Below, in pieces: positions 1-9,832 of a stretch of 46,060 nt of DNA. How positions within the stretch are numbered: position 1 is the stretch's first letter; each line of letters starts with the position of its first letter. The DNA comes from Candidatus Poseidoniales archaeon (GTDB lineage Archaea; Thermoplasmatota; Poseidoniia; Poseidoniales; Poseidoniaceae), in contig QQSJ01000039.1 of the NCBI GenBank assembly GCA_003602635.1, positions 1 to 46,060 of the forward strand, written 5' to 3'. Under the pieces are notes generated by a model, which ran no database searches, had not been told where the DNA came from, and saw nothing but the letters and a program-made list of their open reading frames with translations. The translations under genes and the position numbers were made by a program.

Positions 1-1922
1 TTTCGCGCGGCACGAGCAGCGGCGCCTGAGGGGACCGGACGAGAGGTGCGCGGGGAGACCAAGGCAGTCACGGACCAAATGAACGCAGAGGAACCTGCAG
101 CGCCCAACACAAACACGGACGGATAGGCAAAGAGGAAGATGGCCAACACGATGATGGAGAGAAGGACCACTTCGGTCATCAGCAGGGCTCGACGACGCTG
201 CCGAGAGACACGCCACCCAAGCGCGATGCCCCCGATCAGCACGGCCATGGTTCCAAGCAGGACCACCAACGGTGCATAGAGCGGTGCGCTCGTGGGTGCA
301 GCGATCAATTCGAAGGTCAATCCTTGGTCGAGGTCTTCACCGCTGAGCACCGCGACTTCGCCCATCGGCATACGCCGATGATTGAGGCTCAGCCCATCGG
401 CGTCACCCAAATCCAAGCCAGCCAGTGAGGTCAAGCCAGACGTGCGAAGGGTGAGATCAATCGACCATTCCGACCAGAAGGGAACCGGCTGGACGACGAT
501 GAAATCCCTGACCAAATCGATGAGCGTCCCGTCCGCCACGCGTTCTCGGGAACGGATGGTGATGGTCACGGGATGGCTGATGACGCGCTCTTCCCCATGG
601 AGGTCCAGCGCGACACCGACCGTGTCAAAGTCACCCGAATCGCCGATGAGTTCGTCGGGTTTGAGACCAAGGCCATTCGACAGGAAGGAAACGTGCAGTT
701 TCCCCATTTGTTGCTCGAATTCTTGCCGTTCGACCGATTCAATCATGCGGCTTTCCCGCTCTTCGTCGCCGACGCCTCCCGCGCGGAAAGACCGAATGGT
801 GGGGGAGAGCGCGAGATCCTCGCTTCCAAGGTGATCGAGGGACCACCGCATCCAGAACGACATTTCACCGTCCAACGTGATGGAAGTCTCGCGTTCAAAG
901 ACAAGTTCGCCCCTGTCCTGAGACACGTCCAACGTTCCAACGATCGACAACGACGAGCCCGCACCGGTCGTACGAAGCGGCTCTTCTGATGGGTAGTACG
1001 TGCCACCACCGCCTTCGCCTCCTTCGGTGACGAAGGTCACTTGGGTGGTCTCGCTGGTGATCGTGGCGCCGCCGCTTTGCAAACGCAACGTGACTTCGAG
1101 GTTCATCGTTCGCTCCCCTGGTTCGTCGTCGGTGTAGGTCCATGTGACACGGATGCCATCCGCGGATTGGGTTTCGACCGGGTCGCCTGAAATCGCATTC
1201 CCATCGAGTCGAAGGGTCAAGTCGTTGCTGAACGCGAGAAGGTCTGTGCCAAAGGGTGATGCAAGGACGACACCGATGTATGCATCCGCGCCGTCCGTTT
1301 CCACGTCCAGCAGACTCATCTCGACCGCTGACAGTTCGCCTGAGATCGACGCATCAGCATCCTCTGCGCCCCACTGAACCGAAAGTTGGGAGCCGCTTTG
1401 TGGAACGGAGAAAATCACGGAACGAGCGAGCAGGACCACTTCGAGGTCCCATCCGTCCCCAACGGTGGTTTCGTCCACTTGAACGTCGAAACTGACCGTG
1501 CTCGACCCTTGCCCGACAAAGGTCGACGGCGCTGGAAGCTCACCGACAAAGACGTTGGAACCGATGGCCACTTCCACCGAGAAATTCACTTGCGCGCCGC
1601 CGGCATTTTCGACGAGCACCGGCAATCGAATCGACCACGTTGAATCCGGGACGGTGCCCGCGTAGAGGTCTTGGAGCCGCCACGTGGCCACCACTTCTTC
1701 TGATGTGACGGCGTTAGCGATGACCGCACTTTCTGGATCATCGCCAAGGCGCTCAGAAAATGGGCTGAGTGCCCCGTTGTCCGCTGAACCCAGCATGAAG
1801 AGTTCAAGGTCCACGGCCGGGCAACAGATGACCTCTGAGGAAGATCGACCTTCAACGGCCGTAGCGGACGGAACGAAGACCAACGGCGCCAACATCAGCA
1901 ACGCCACGAGGACTTGCCGCAC
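1..1922 (-). CDS. Hypothetical membrane protein (signal peptide, large extracellular region, ~3 C-terminal TM helices); 3'-truncated by the window edge
   Basis: Absent from the ORF track because it has no stop in the window. Manual translation from GTG at 1922 (MRQVLVALLMLAPLVFVPSATA...) stays open to position 3. GAGGTGA SD at 1927-1933; hydrophobic segments near 100-290. Confidence 0.8.
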   Translation of the reverse strand, partial: MRQVLVALLMLAPLVFVPSATAVEGRSSSEVICCPAVDLELFMLGSADNGALSPFSERLGDDPESAVIANAVTSEEVVATWRLQDLYAGTVPDSTWSIRLPVLVENAGGAQVNFSVEVAIGSNVFVGELPAPSTFVGQGSSTVSFDVQVDETTVGDGWDLEVVLLARSVIFSVPQSGSQLSVQWGAEDADASISGELSAVEMSLLDVETDGADAYIGVVLASPFGTDLLAFSNDLTLRLDGNAISGDPVETQSADGIRVTWTYTDDEPGERTMNLEVTLRLQSGGATITSETTQVTFVTEGGEGGGGTYYPSEEPLRTTGAGSSLSIVGTLDVSQDRGELVFERETSITLDGEMSFWMRWSLDHLGSEDLALSPTIRSFRAGGVGDEERESRMIESVERQEFEQQMGKLHVSFLSNGLGLKPDELIGDSGDFDTVGVALDLHGEERVISHPVTITIRSRERVADGTLIDLVRDFIVVQPVPFWSEWSIDLTLRTSGLTSLAGLDLGDADGLSLNHRRMPMGEVAVLSGEDLDQGLTFELIAAPTSAPLYAPLVVLLGTMAVLIGGIALGWRVSRQRRRALLMTEVVLLSIIVLAIFLFAYPSVFVLGAAGSSAFIWSVTALVSPRTSRPVPSGAAARAAR

Positions 1923-1926
1923 AGAA

Positions 1927-1933
1927 TCACCTC
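1927..1933 (-). promoter_or_regulatory. Shine-Dalgarno GAGGTGA overlapping the stop codon of the upstream gene
   Basis: tcacctc on + strand, 4 nt before the GTG at 1922; overlaps the TGA at 1932-1934. Confidence 0.65.
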
Positions 1934-2282
1934 AAAGCGCACGTTCGAGGAGGGTTCCAAGTTCTTTCTCAAACAGACCAACGAGGGCCGTTCCAATCTC
2001 CCCTTGAAGTTCATCGGGGAGCATGCGAAGACCGAGACGCGTCGCGGCTCGGCTGGCTTTCAGTTCGGCGTACACCGACCGTGCCTTGGCTTGGAAGTAG
2101 TAGCCCACAGCCTCCTTGATTTCTTCCTTGAGTTCGGGGTCGTCGTCGATGACGTTCCTGATGTGGGCCTTGAGTTCGTCCTTGACCAGATCACGGAAGG
2201 TCTCGAGGACGAGGTCCTCGGTGGCCATCAGGTCTTGAATCTGGTCGCGGATGCCGCCCGTCAACAAACGCTCGATGGCCAT
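1932..2282 (-). CDS. Hypothetical all-helical acidic protein (~116 aa)
   Basis: ORF 1932..2315; the more plausible start is MAIERLL at 2282. Protein-like amphipathic composition; same strand as its neighbours. Confidence 0.75.
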   Translation of the reverse strand: MAIERLLTGGIRDQIQDLMATEDLVLETFRDLVKDELKAHIRNVIDDDPELKEEIKEAVGYYFQAKARSVYAELKASRAATRLGLRMLPDELQGEIGTALVGLFEKELGTLLERAL

Positions 2283-2321
2283 GGTCTTCCATTGGCAGGA
2301 GTTCCTTGAAGGCATTGGTGT

Positions 2322-3233
2322 TCAGTTTGGCTCCACCAAGGTCCCGGTGGTCAAGAGCGCATCCATTCGACGGCTCATCGAAACGCGACCTTGAGCGCTG
2401 TCCGAAGGAGGTTCTGCGGCCAGTCGTGCGGCCTGCTCCAACACGTCGAGCGGATCCCCCGGCAGGACAGGACGATGCCAAACGACCTCTTCCAACCGGG
2501 CGGAGGCCATGTCGGTGTGCCGTAAAGCAGGAAGGACGGCTTCGGAAAGACCCCGCGATCGCGCTTCATGATCCATCCGAGGCCATGCCCGTCGAAGCCG
2601 GTTCAGCAAGGTCGGTGACAGACCTTCGGGCAACTCGCTCGGCAGGGTGTCCACCTCAGCAAGGTTTGCGACCCGCATGGTCCCTTCCTCGCAGAGATGA
2701 TCACGCAAGACGGTGTACCATGGATCGTAACTGGCGTCCAGGGCCCCACGTCCCCACTGAGCGAGCAGGACCCACGGTCGAACGCGTCGGACCCGAGGAC
2801 CTGAGGGAGCCATGTGCTCCGCAACCAAGGCACACAAGAGCGCAGGACTCAACGCTCCAGTTCTGGAACGTTGCTCGTGGCCCATGTCAACGGAAGCGCC
2901 CACAGGGACGAAGGAGATGTGCGGCCCTTCCGAAGCCGGCAAGGCAGGATGCGCGTCGTGTTCTTCGACGACCGTGCAATGGATCTCGCCAGCCTTGATC
3001 TTCGGTGCTTCGCGTTCCGAAGCAGGAAGGAAATGGGTCGAGGGTGAAAGCGCACGACGGTACGGCAGGCCGCGGTCAAGCAGCGCGGCTTCCAATTGCA
3101 CCAAGCCAAGAACGACGTTGAGTTCCGCAGCGCCGTCCAGCACCACGGTAGGTCCAGCAGTCAATGAGGACGCAACGTGTTCTGCCCAAGACGCGGCCTC
3201 GGCGAGGCCATCGATGGAAGACAGGGGCGACAT
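2322..3233 (-). CDS. Degenerate RecJ/DHH-family (GAN/Cdc45-like) protein, probably catalytically inactive
   Basis: Sits directly downstream of rps15, the usual archaeal position of a DHH phosphoesterase. 'VVLDGAAELNVVLGLVQLEAALLDRGLPYRR' and 'GALSPALLCALVAEHM...WVLLAQWG' resemble DHH motif scaffolds, but DxDG, DHH and GGGH are absent. Confidence 0.55.
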   Translation of the reverse strand: MSPLSSIDGLAEAASWAEHVASSLTAGPTVVLDGAAELNVVLGLVQLEAALLDRGLPYRRALSPSTHFLPASEREAPKIKAGEIHCTVVEEHDAHPALPASEGPHISFVPVGASVDMGHEQRSRTGALSPALLCALVAEHMAPSGPRVRRVRPWVLLAQWGRGALDASYDPWYTVLRDHLCEEGTMRVANLAEVDTLPSELPEGLSPTLLNRLRRAWPRMDHEARSRGLSEAVLPALRHTDMASARLEEVVWHRPVLPGDPLDVLEQAARLAAEPPSDSAQGRVSMSRRMDALLTTGTLVEPN

Positions 3234-3276
3234 CGTCCCGCCTCAGCAGCGGGGACACATCAACCTGCGCCAGCGT

Positions 3277-3732
3277 TCACTCCACCATGAGGCGGAGTTG
3301 GTCACGCTTGTAGCGCCATTCGGTGTCGAGGCGCCCTTCACCGATGTAGTAGGTCGCCAATCGGCGGATTTTTGCTTCCGTGAGCTCCAAAGCACGACGG
3401 TTGTGGAGGTCCTTGTGGTTGCTTCCCATGTGGTCGATGAGGCCGGCAGCGCGGCGCATGAGGTTCATCATGTCCTCTGGGTAGGTGCCGCTCAAATCGG
3501 CTTCAGCGAGCACCGCACCGATGCGGCGGCCAAGCACGAGGCGAGCGTTGGGGACCGCGTGGCGGTCACGGAGGAAGGTCCCGATCTGGGCGGTGGAATG
3601 GCCGGCCTTGGCGTAGTCCAGAATGAGGGCTTCAACGGCCGCCTTGTCCGTGTTGGACCAAGCGGGCGCTTCGCTCACGTACGGCTTGGACGAGCCACTG
3701 ACACCTTTGCGGGACGAGTACATCCTTGCCAT
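3277..3732 (-). CDS. rps15: 30S ribosomal protein uS15 (archaeal S15/S13e), 151 aa
   Basis: MARMYSSRKGVSGSSKP...IGTFLRD...PEDMMNLMRRA...NHKDLHNRRALELTEAKIRRLATYY; true start is the ATG at 3732 with GGAGGT at 3739-3744. Confidence 0.97.
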   Translation of the reverse strand: MARMYSSRKGVSGSSKPYVSEAPAWSNTDKAAVEALILDYAKAGHSTAQIGTFLRDRHAVPNARLVLGRRIGAVLAEADLSGTYPEDMMNLMRRAAGLIDHMGSNHKDLHNRRALELTEAKIRRLATYYIGEGRLDTEWRYKRDQLRLMVE

Positions 3733-3738
3733 GCATGG

Positions 3739-3778
3739 ACCTCCGAACGGTCCGGCGACCTGCTCTCCCCTCTTAACC
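3739..3778 (-). promoter_or_regulatory. Putative rps15 promoter (GGTTAAGA TATA-like box, 3771-3778) and SD GGAGGT (3739-3744)
   Basis: The only AT-rich box in the intergenic gap, ~40 nt upstream of the ATG. Confidence 0.45.
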
Positions 3779-3800
3779 GCATCGCCGCGGGCCTCCAATC

Positions 3801-5639
3801 TCAAAGGCGCTGATGCGCTTTGGCGAGACGCCCTGGAGTGCCGGCCCATTCCCATCCGGGGGCAAGGGCTCGTGCAAGACCGACGGGGCGTCCGTCTTGC
3901 ATCACCAAGAGGTCTGAACCAACGCGGATGTCCCCTTCGACACGTTCCACGATGCCCACGTGGATGTCGCCTTTCCAAGCGATTCCAGCGACCAGATGAA
4001 CCGTCGGCAGCGCTGCTCCATCGGCCAAGCGCAGCACGGAGGCCTTTGACAACGCAAATCCACCACGGTCAGGCGACCATTGTCCAATTTGATCTCCTCC
4101 GACCATGATGCGGAAGCGCGGAGGGCGTCCACGGACCTCAACACCGTCCAACCAACCGTCCCCGCCCAACAAGCGTCGTGAAGCGCTTCGCCATTCATCG
4201 AGATGCATGGTGTCCCGCGAACGGCGACGAGCGCCATGGGTGCGGATTGCCTCGCGAACCGCCTCGCCCAACCGGTCGAGGGCTGCGCGAGAGCCCGCGG
4301 AGTCGCCTTGGCGTGTCTCCACACGAGGCAAGCCCATGTAGCAAGATTCTGGAAGGGCCAAGCCGGAATGATCCACGATGCATTGGTAATCATGTGCTGC
4401 GATGAGCGCAGACAGCATGCGACCAATGCGACCCACTTCGTCGGCGCTCCATCGCCCGGTGACCGCCAAATCGTAATGCCGCGCAGGCCACGTTTGCTCC
4501 ACGTCGCGGGGCACCAAACCGAGGGGCGAGGTCACCATCACTTCGTGCACTGCGTTGGTCCCAATGGCCTCAATGAACCTTCGATGTGATTTCGATGTAC
4601 GGTACGGCTTCCGGGCCGAGCAGGGCAGAAGAACAAGCACGCGGTCGAGGCCTTCGGGAGCACGGTAGTCCGTGCTCATCCATCGCACCCAATCGGCCAC
4701 GGCCGGCTCATGCAGCGTGGTTTCTGACATGCACATCAAGCGCCGCTCCCGTGGAACATGACGTTCCAAGAGGCCCTCCATCGATGCACAGGCCGTGTCG
4801 TGGTGGCGAAGTTGAGCCACGGTCGATGGGGCGACGAGGGCTTGACGGTCCACGACTTGACGAAGCGTGCCTGCGCGAAGGTGTTCACGAACTTCCGCAA
4901 TGGCCGCGGTCCACGCCTCGACTTGCTGCTCCATGGCCGCGGATTCACCGAGGTCTTCAGCGGGTGTTCGTGGGCCTCCACGGTCGAGGAGCATCCCCGA
5001 GGCCGAGGCTTGACGGGACCGTGTCAAGTCAAACAAATCGACACCAAGCCAAGTGAGCAACGCAAGGTTGTCGGGACCACCGATGCCGGGTGCCCATAGC
5101 AAGGCCCCGGGGAACCGACGCTTGACGGCCACGAGCGCGTCGATGAAGCGTGCTGGCGCACTGGTCAGCGCCAGAGCATCGGTCAACACGACCACCTGAG
5201 GTGCCAGTGCTGGATCCATCAGTTCCGGATCGTGGCGCATCCGTTGCCATGAGACAGGCAGCAATGGACCGGTCCCTGCTGCTTCTCCCGCGTCTGCTTC
5301 TTCCATCTCGGGTGGCAAGACGTGACCGAGGCTGACGGACCATGAGGGCCCCGGCGCATCGAAGGCTGGCACCTCAAAGGCACCTCGTCCTGACAAGGTC
5401 AACGTAGCAGGGAGCGTTCGCGTCGTATGCGCTTCGAAAGGAGCGAGCGCGACCTCGACGGAAGGATCCCCCTCGATCAGCACCAGGCCCGGCGTCCTCG
5501 CACCGGGGGCGGCTCGGTCACCAAGACCCCAGCTCCTCGCGAACCGGTCGCGCGTCTGGACGGTTCGCCCAAGCACGCCGTCCATGCCGGTCGGCAGCCG
5601 GACCTGCACTTCAAAGCGCGGCCAAGACGAGGGCTTCAA
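3801..5639 (-). CDS. arcS: Archaeosine synthase subunit alpha (ArcS/TgtA2-like) with C-terminal PUA domain
   Basis: GPDNLALLTWLGVDLFD, LLPCSARKPYRTSKSH, VTSPLGLVPRDVE...YDLAVTGRW; PUA-like C-terminus (GDIRVGSDLLVMQDGRPVGLARA). Start uncertain (TTG 5639 or a later ATG). Confidence 0.88.
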   Translation of the reverse strand: MKPSSWPRFEVQVRLPTGMDGVLGRTVQTRDRFARSWGLGDRAAPGARTPGLVLIEGDPSVEVALAPFEAHTTRTLPATLTLSGRGAFEVPAFDAPGPSWSVSLGHVLPPEMEEADAGEAAGTGPLLPVSWQRMRHDPELMDPALAPQVVVLTDALALTSAPARFIDALVAVKRRFPGALLWAPGIGGPDNLALLTWLGVDLFDLTRSRQASASGMLLDRGGPRTPAEDLGESAAMEQQVEAWTAAIAEVREHLRAGTLRQVVDRQALVAPSTVAQLRHHDTACASMEGLLERHVPRERRLMCMSETTLHEPAVADWVRWMSTDYRAPEGLDRVLVLLPCSARKPYRTSKSHRRFIEAIGTNAVHEVMVTSPLGLVPRDVEQTWPARHYDLAVTGRWSADEVGRIGRMLSALIAAHDYQCIVDHSGLALPESCYMGLPRVETRQGDSAGSRAALDRLGEAVREAIRTHGARRRSRDTMHLDEWRSASRRLLGGDGWLDGVEVRGRPPRFRIMVGGDQIGQWSPDRGGFALSKASVLRLADGAALPTVHLVAGIAWKGDIHVGIVERVEGDIRVGSDLLVMQDGRPVGLARALAPGWEWAGTPGRLAKAHQRL

Positions 5640-5663
5640 ACGATGTTGGCGAACCGCACGTGC

Positions 5664-7838
5664 ATGGCGAAGCGAGGTGCGGCCGCCCTCCTCATGCTGC
5701 TCCTCTGCAGCCTGACCGTTGCCTCAGGTTCGGCCAGCACCACCGAAATCGCACGCGAAGAAGCGTGGTACAGCGTCCACGGCGAGGCTGGCTCGTCGTG
5801 GTCCACCACGTTGGACCTTGACGTGGACCAGCGTGGCCTCTTTGCCGTCACGTGCACGTCCTGCGAAGCCCGCGTGACCGACGACGCGGGAAGCACCGTG
5901 GCCTCCGCCGTCGGAGGGCTCCATCTGATTCACGTCGCTGAGGCCAGCTCAACTTTCAATCTCGCTGTGGACTTCGTGGTTGAAGAGCAAGCCAGGGCCA
6001 TGACCCTCGCCTCCACGTTGGTCGACCTTGAACAACGGCCGCCTCCGGGTGCATCGGTGGAAGCTGCTGTGCTTTCGTTGTCCACCGCAGGAGACCTTTG
6101 GTGGGTTGATGCCGATCACGTCCGTCTTGATGCGGGTTGGGAAGGGGCCGAAACCGCCGTGCTGAACGTCTCCGACGATGCGGCTGGGTATCTTTTGGCC
6201 AACGCAACTGGAAACGCGTGGGTCGATGTGGCGGTGCAGCATGCATCGAGCGAAATCAACCTCAGGCTCATCGTCCAAAATGCGACCACAGAAGCCACCC
6301 ATTCGACCCACACGCTGGACGAAGACGACCTGCCGTTCAGCCATCGGTTGATGCTCGGCGAAGACGAACGGCTCCTGGCCTTGGTCGAAGGAACCGCTCC
6401 AAACACCGGCGTGGCCATGGCCATGGCCGCGCATCCCACCATGGGAGCCATGCACCACGATCTCAACAACAACGAAGGGTACGTGGTTGGTCATGGTGGC
6501 CAAATCATGGTCCTTGACGTCAACGACACCGACGCGTTGCATCTTGAGCCCGCAGCAGAGACCGACGTGCTGGTCCAGCACCTCGTCCAAGGAACATGGG
6601 TTTCCACGTCAAGTGCTTCCGTGACCAACGCCACCGTCGTTTGGCCCCTGCCCGGGGCCGAAGCCCTGCGCTTGACCTGCTCAAGCCCTGCATGTTTTGC
6701 GACCTTGCGGCACACGATGGCCTCTGACCTCGCAAGCGGAAAGGACGCACCAGGATACGTTGACATCACAGACCAAGCCCTGTTGGACGGTGAACTCATC
6801 GGCCACCTTCCGCTGAACGGAAGCGCAAACGGGCATCTGATTCGAGCCACGCATGACGTGGCGGACGTGTTCCCCCTCCACATCGACGCGTGGGAAGATT
6901 CGATTCACCTGGTCAAGGTCACCTTGTGGACCGATGAACCTGTTCGCGTCGAACTGTTTCCCATCAATCCACTGACGGGTGAACTCGACGACGACGAACT
7001 GAAGGACGAGATTTTGAACGGGCAAGGTGACAGCATCAGCGCACAATTTGGACGAGGGACGCACCTGATTCGAATCAGCCTGTTGGATCAGGACGCCGTG
7101 CTCAACACCACGTGGGGTCAGGATCTCCCGGTCCTGAATTACACCGTTGAAATGGCCCATGGTGTGGTCGATGAAGGCGATGAGCCTTGGTTTGAACCCG
7201 ACGAGGCTTCCCAAATTTGGGGTGAACGTGTTCGGTGGTTCCTCGGGTTCTGTTTCCTGCTCCCGGTGGCGTATTTGGCTCGAATGCAACGCCGTCGTAC
7301 GCGCTTGGCCAACACGATGAAGGCCCAACGCGAACGCCTGCGCCGCATCGTACAACGGCTGGATGAAGGTCGTCCTGTTGAACAAGAACGGCGCGATCTC
7401 AACCTCGCCTTGGACGCCGTGGCCACCTTGGATTTCGAAGATGCATGCCGAAGTTGGGGCAATCCAGACCTTCGGCACCGCACCGATGAACTCGCCATGG
7501 CCGCGTGGAGGCTTGACCCAAGGCTTGCTCGTCAAGGCAAGCATGTGGTTCTGGTTGGGCTTGCAGCTGGACCCCGAACGTGGGAAGCCACGGCGCTGCG
7601 TTTCGATGCGCCCATCGGCGCCTCGTGTTCGGTCTGCGCGGTGGAACCCCGCTTCATGCACCACGGTGAAGACGTGTTCCTCGACACCATCCGCGCAGGG
7701 AGCGTCGTCTTCCTGACCGTGGAACTCGACGGAGAGGCCACGATGGTGGACGTGGAAGTCAACGGCTTGGTCGAGGCCGAACCAAGGGCAGCTCGGGCGC
7801 CCGTGTCGCTTCTGCTTGAGGACCTCGAAGAAGCGTGA
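5664..7838 (+). CDS. Hypothetical single-pass membrane protein (signal peptide, extracellular region with PPC-like domain, cytoplasmic C-terminal domain)
   Basis: Start moved to MAKRGAAALLMLLLCSL (5664), which removes the overlap with arcS. TM 'VRWFLGFCFLLPVAYLA' is followed by RMQRRR; 'GKDAP...GHLIRATHDVADVF...GTHLIRI' looks PPC-like. Confidence 0.75.
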   Translation: MAKRGAAALLMLLLCSLTVASGSASTTEIAREEAWYSVHGEAGSSWSTTLDLDVDQRGLFAVTCTSCEARVTDDAGSTVASAVGGLHLIHVAEASSTFNLAVDFVVEEQARAMTLASTLVDLEQRPPPGASVEAAVLSLSTAGDLWWVDADHVRLDAGWEGAETAVLNVSDDAAGYLLANATGNAWVDVAVQHASSEINLRLIVQNATTEATHSTHTLDEDDLPFSHRLMLGEDERLLALVEGTAPNTGVAMAMAAHPTMGAMHHDLNNNEGYVVGHGGQIMVLDVNDTDALHLEPAAETDVLVQHLVQGTWVSTSSASVTNATVVWPLPGAEALRLTCSSPACFATLRHTMASDLASGKDAPGYVDITDQALLDGELIGHLPLNGSANGHLIRATHDVADVFPLHIDAWEDSIHLVKVTLWTDEPVRVELFPINPLTGELDDDELKDEILNGQGDSISAQFGRGTHLIRISLLDQDAVLNTTWGQDLPVLNYTVEMAHGVVDEGDEPWFEPDEASQIWGERVRWFLGFCFLLPVAYLARMQRRRTRLANTMKAQRERLRRIVQRLDEGRPVEQERRDLNLALDAVATLDFEDACRSWGNPDLRHRTDELAMAAWRLDPRLARQGKHVVLVGLAAGPRTWEATALRFDAPIGASCSVCAVEPRFMHHGEDVFLDTIRAGSVVFLTVELDGEATMVDVEVNGLVEAEPRAARAPVSLLLEDLEEA

Positions 7839-8966
7839 TCAGCCACCGCGCCTGCGAACGTCGGCTTCCTCACGGATCCGCTCCTCAAGGTCGCTCGGCG
7901 CCATGTCTTCGCGCAACTCTTCCAACGACGAGCGAACGCTACGAGAGAATTTCTTCGGCATGTGGAGTTTGAGCAACACCACAACATCCCCCCGGCCTCC
8001 GCCGCGAAGCCGTGGGAATCCACGCCGCGGGATGTCGATCGTGTCGCCAGCCGTGGACCCTTTCGGCACTCGGATTTCCAAGGGCTTGCCGTCGAGGTGG
8101 TCCAGTGTGATCGTCGTACCAAGGGCGAGGTCTGCGTAGCCGATTGGGAGCGACATGATGAGGTCGCTTCGGCTTCGCTCGAAGTATGGATGCGGCGAAA
8201 CTTCGAGTTCCACCAAGAGATCACCCGCGGACTGACCGTCCCGGCCGGGTTCGCCCTTTCCGCGCAGACGAAGCCGTGTGCCGTCTTCGGCCCCTGCTGG
8301 GACGCTGAATCGAAGGGTGGTGGTCTGCTCCACACGACCGCGCCCTCGGCATTCTTTGCAGACGGTTTTCGGAATTTTTCCGCGGCCGTTGCACTCCGAA
8401 CACGTGCGGTCTTGGCGAGTTTGGAACGGACCCATTTGGACCATACGAGAGAGGACACCGCGGCCGGAGCATGTGGCACAGGTCTCGAGGGCACCGCCTT
8501 CAGCCCCTGTGCCCGAGCAGGAGGTACACGGTGCGGGGAGGTCCAACTCAACCTCTTCGTCGGCCCCGTTCATCACGTCTTCACTTGAGACGGTATGACG
8601 GTACAGGATGTCGCTCCCACGGCTGCTCCGTTGTCCACCGCCTCCACCGCCTCCGAAGAAAGCTGAGAAAATGTCGGAGCCGCCAAAGAGGTCACTGAGG
8701 TCGACGTTGAAGCCACCGCCGAATCCACCACCGAATCCACCACCCGGGCCATCATGGCCGAAGCGGTCGTACTGGTTCCGCTTGGATGGGTCTGAAAGCA
8801 CAGCATATGCTTCTTGGATTTCCTTGAACCGGTCTTCAGCGTCTGGCTCATCGCTGCGGTCGGGGTGGTACTTTCGTGCAAGACGGCGAAAGGCGTTCTT
8901 GAGCGCCTTCTCATCCGCGTCGCGATCGAGGCCCAGGACCTCGTAGTAATCGCGCTTCCCGCTCAT
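7839..8966 (-). CDS. dnaJ: Chaperone DnaJ (class A), 375 aa
   Basis: MSGKRDYYEVLG J-domain with HPD; G/F-rich linker; four CxxCxGxG motifs; C-terminal substrate-binding domain. Confidence 0.96.
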   Translation of the reverse strand: MSGKRDYYEVLGLDRDADEKALKNAFRRLARKYHPDRSDEPDAEDRFKEIQEAYAVLSDPSKRNQYDRFGHDGPGGGFGGGFGGGFNVDLSDLFGGSDIFSAFFGGGGGGGQRSSRGSDILYRHTVSSEDVMNGADEEVELDLPAPCTSCSGTGAEGGALETCATCSGRGVLSRMVQMGPFQTRQDRTCSECNGRGKIPKTVCKECRGRGRVEQTTTLRFSVPAGAEDGTRLRLRGKGEPGRDGQSAGDLLVELEVSPHPYFERSRSDLIMSLPIGYADLALGTTITLDHLDGKPLEIRVPKGSTAGDTIDIPRRGFPRLRGGGRGDVVVLLKLHMPKKFSRSVRSSLEELREDMAPSDLEERIREEADVRRRGG

Positions 8967-9022
8967 CTCGGCCCCAAGGTGTCGGCTCAGGGGGCCGTCT
9001 TCAACCCAACGCCCGAAGCCGT

Positions 9023-9784
9023 TCACGCATTTGGAAGCGGAAGCGCCGTTCCGCATTCAGGACAGAACCGGTCATCTGGCTCGTGACGAGCACCGCAAGC
9101 AGCGCACGCATAAACGGGAGCGGGCGGCGGTGCTGGAGGAGCGGATGCGAGGAAATCTGCGCCGGCGCTGACGTCCGATTCGTAGGCGATTGGGGCCACA
9201 GGTCGCGACGCCACCAGCGGGTCTTGCTCCGCACGTTGGGTCAAGGCCTCGCGACGCCGTTGCTCCCTGGAGGCAGCATGGTCATCGCCTCGGCGGAAGA
9301 AGCGCCCAATGGCATCCAGCATGCGGTCCATGGACGATGTACCCCCGGTTGCACCGACGGTGCGCTGGACGGCGTCCGTGGGCTGAATCCTCATGCCGTG
9401 CACGGTTTCGACGTCCACCTCGGTCTCGATGTTGAGTTCGCTTCCCTCCCGTGTTAGGCCACCCACCCTGGCTCCCGCCTCGATGTTGAGCGCTTGTGCA
9501 GCGGGCGTCGCATGGTTTTGGTCCCAGAGGCCTTGTTCTTCGGCCTTGAACACCCCACTGAGGCCTTTGAGCGAGGCCGAGCGGCGATGTTCATGGTCAC
9601 GTTCCACGCGAGCCCGTCGAAAGAGGAGGAAACCGATGCCGGCAAACCCACCGTAGTAGACCCAGCGAAACCATGGGGCCACGTCGAGCATGGCGTTCAA
9701 GGGCGTCACTGTGACGTCCATCCCTAGGGCGATGATGACCGGAGCCGCCAGCAGCCCTTGGGAGATGCCGCTGCGGGCTGCCAT
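9023..9784 (-). CDS. Membrane-anchored protein with C-terminal zinc ribbon
   Basis: TM 'WFRWVYYGGFAGIGFLLF' followed by RRAR; Pro-rich linker; C-terminal CAACG...FCPECG. Confidence 0.75.
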   Translation of the reverse strand: MAARSGISQGLLAAPVIIALGMDVTVTPLNAMLDVAPWFRWVYYGGFAGIGFLLFRRARVERDHEHRRSASLKGLSGVFKAEEQGLWDQNHATPAAQALNIEAGARVGGLTREGSELNIETEVDVETVHGMRIQPTDAVQRTVGATGGTSSMDRMLDAIGRFFRRGDDHAASREQRRREALTQRAEQDPLVASRPVAPIAYESDVSAGADFLASAPPAPPPAPVYACAACGARHEPDDRFCPECGTALPLPNA

Positions 9785-9832
9785 AACCCACTTACCACGA
9801 CGCTTCAGGCATAGAGGTTCGTTCGGACTGTG

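Noticed and set aside
3801..5639. Calling this gene the canonical tRNA-guanine transglycosylase (tgtA)
   Set aside because: It lacks the DSGG catalytic motif and has the PCSxxKPY motif typical of ArcS.
8713..8746. Short tandem repeat (ccaccgaat-like units)
   Set aside because: It simply encodes the GGGFGGGFGGGF linker of DnaJ.
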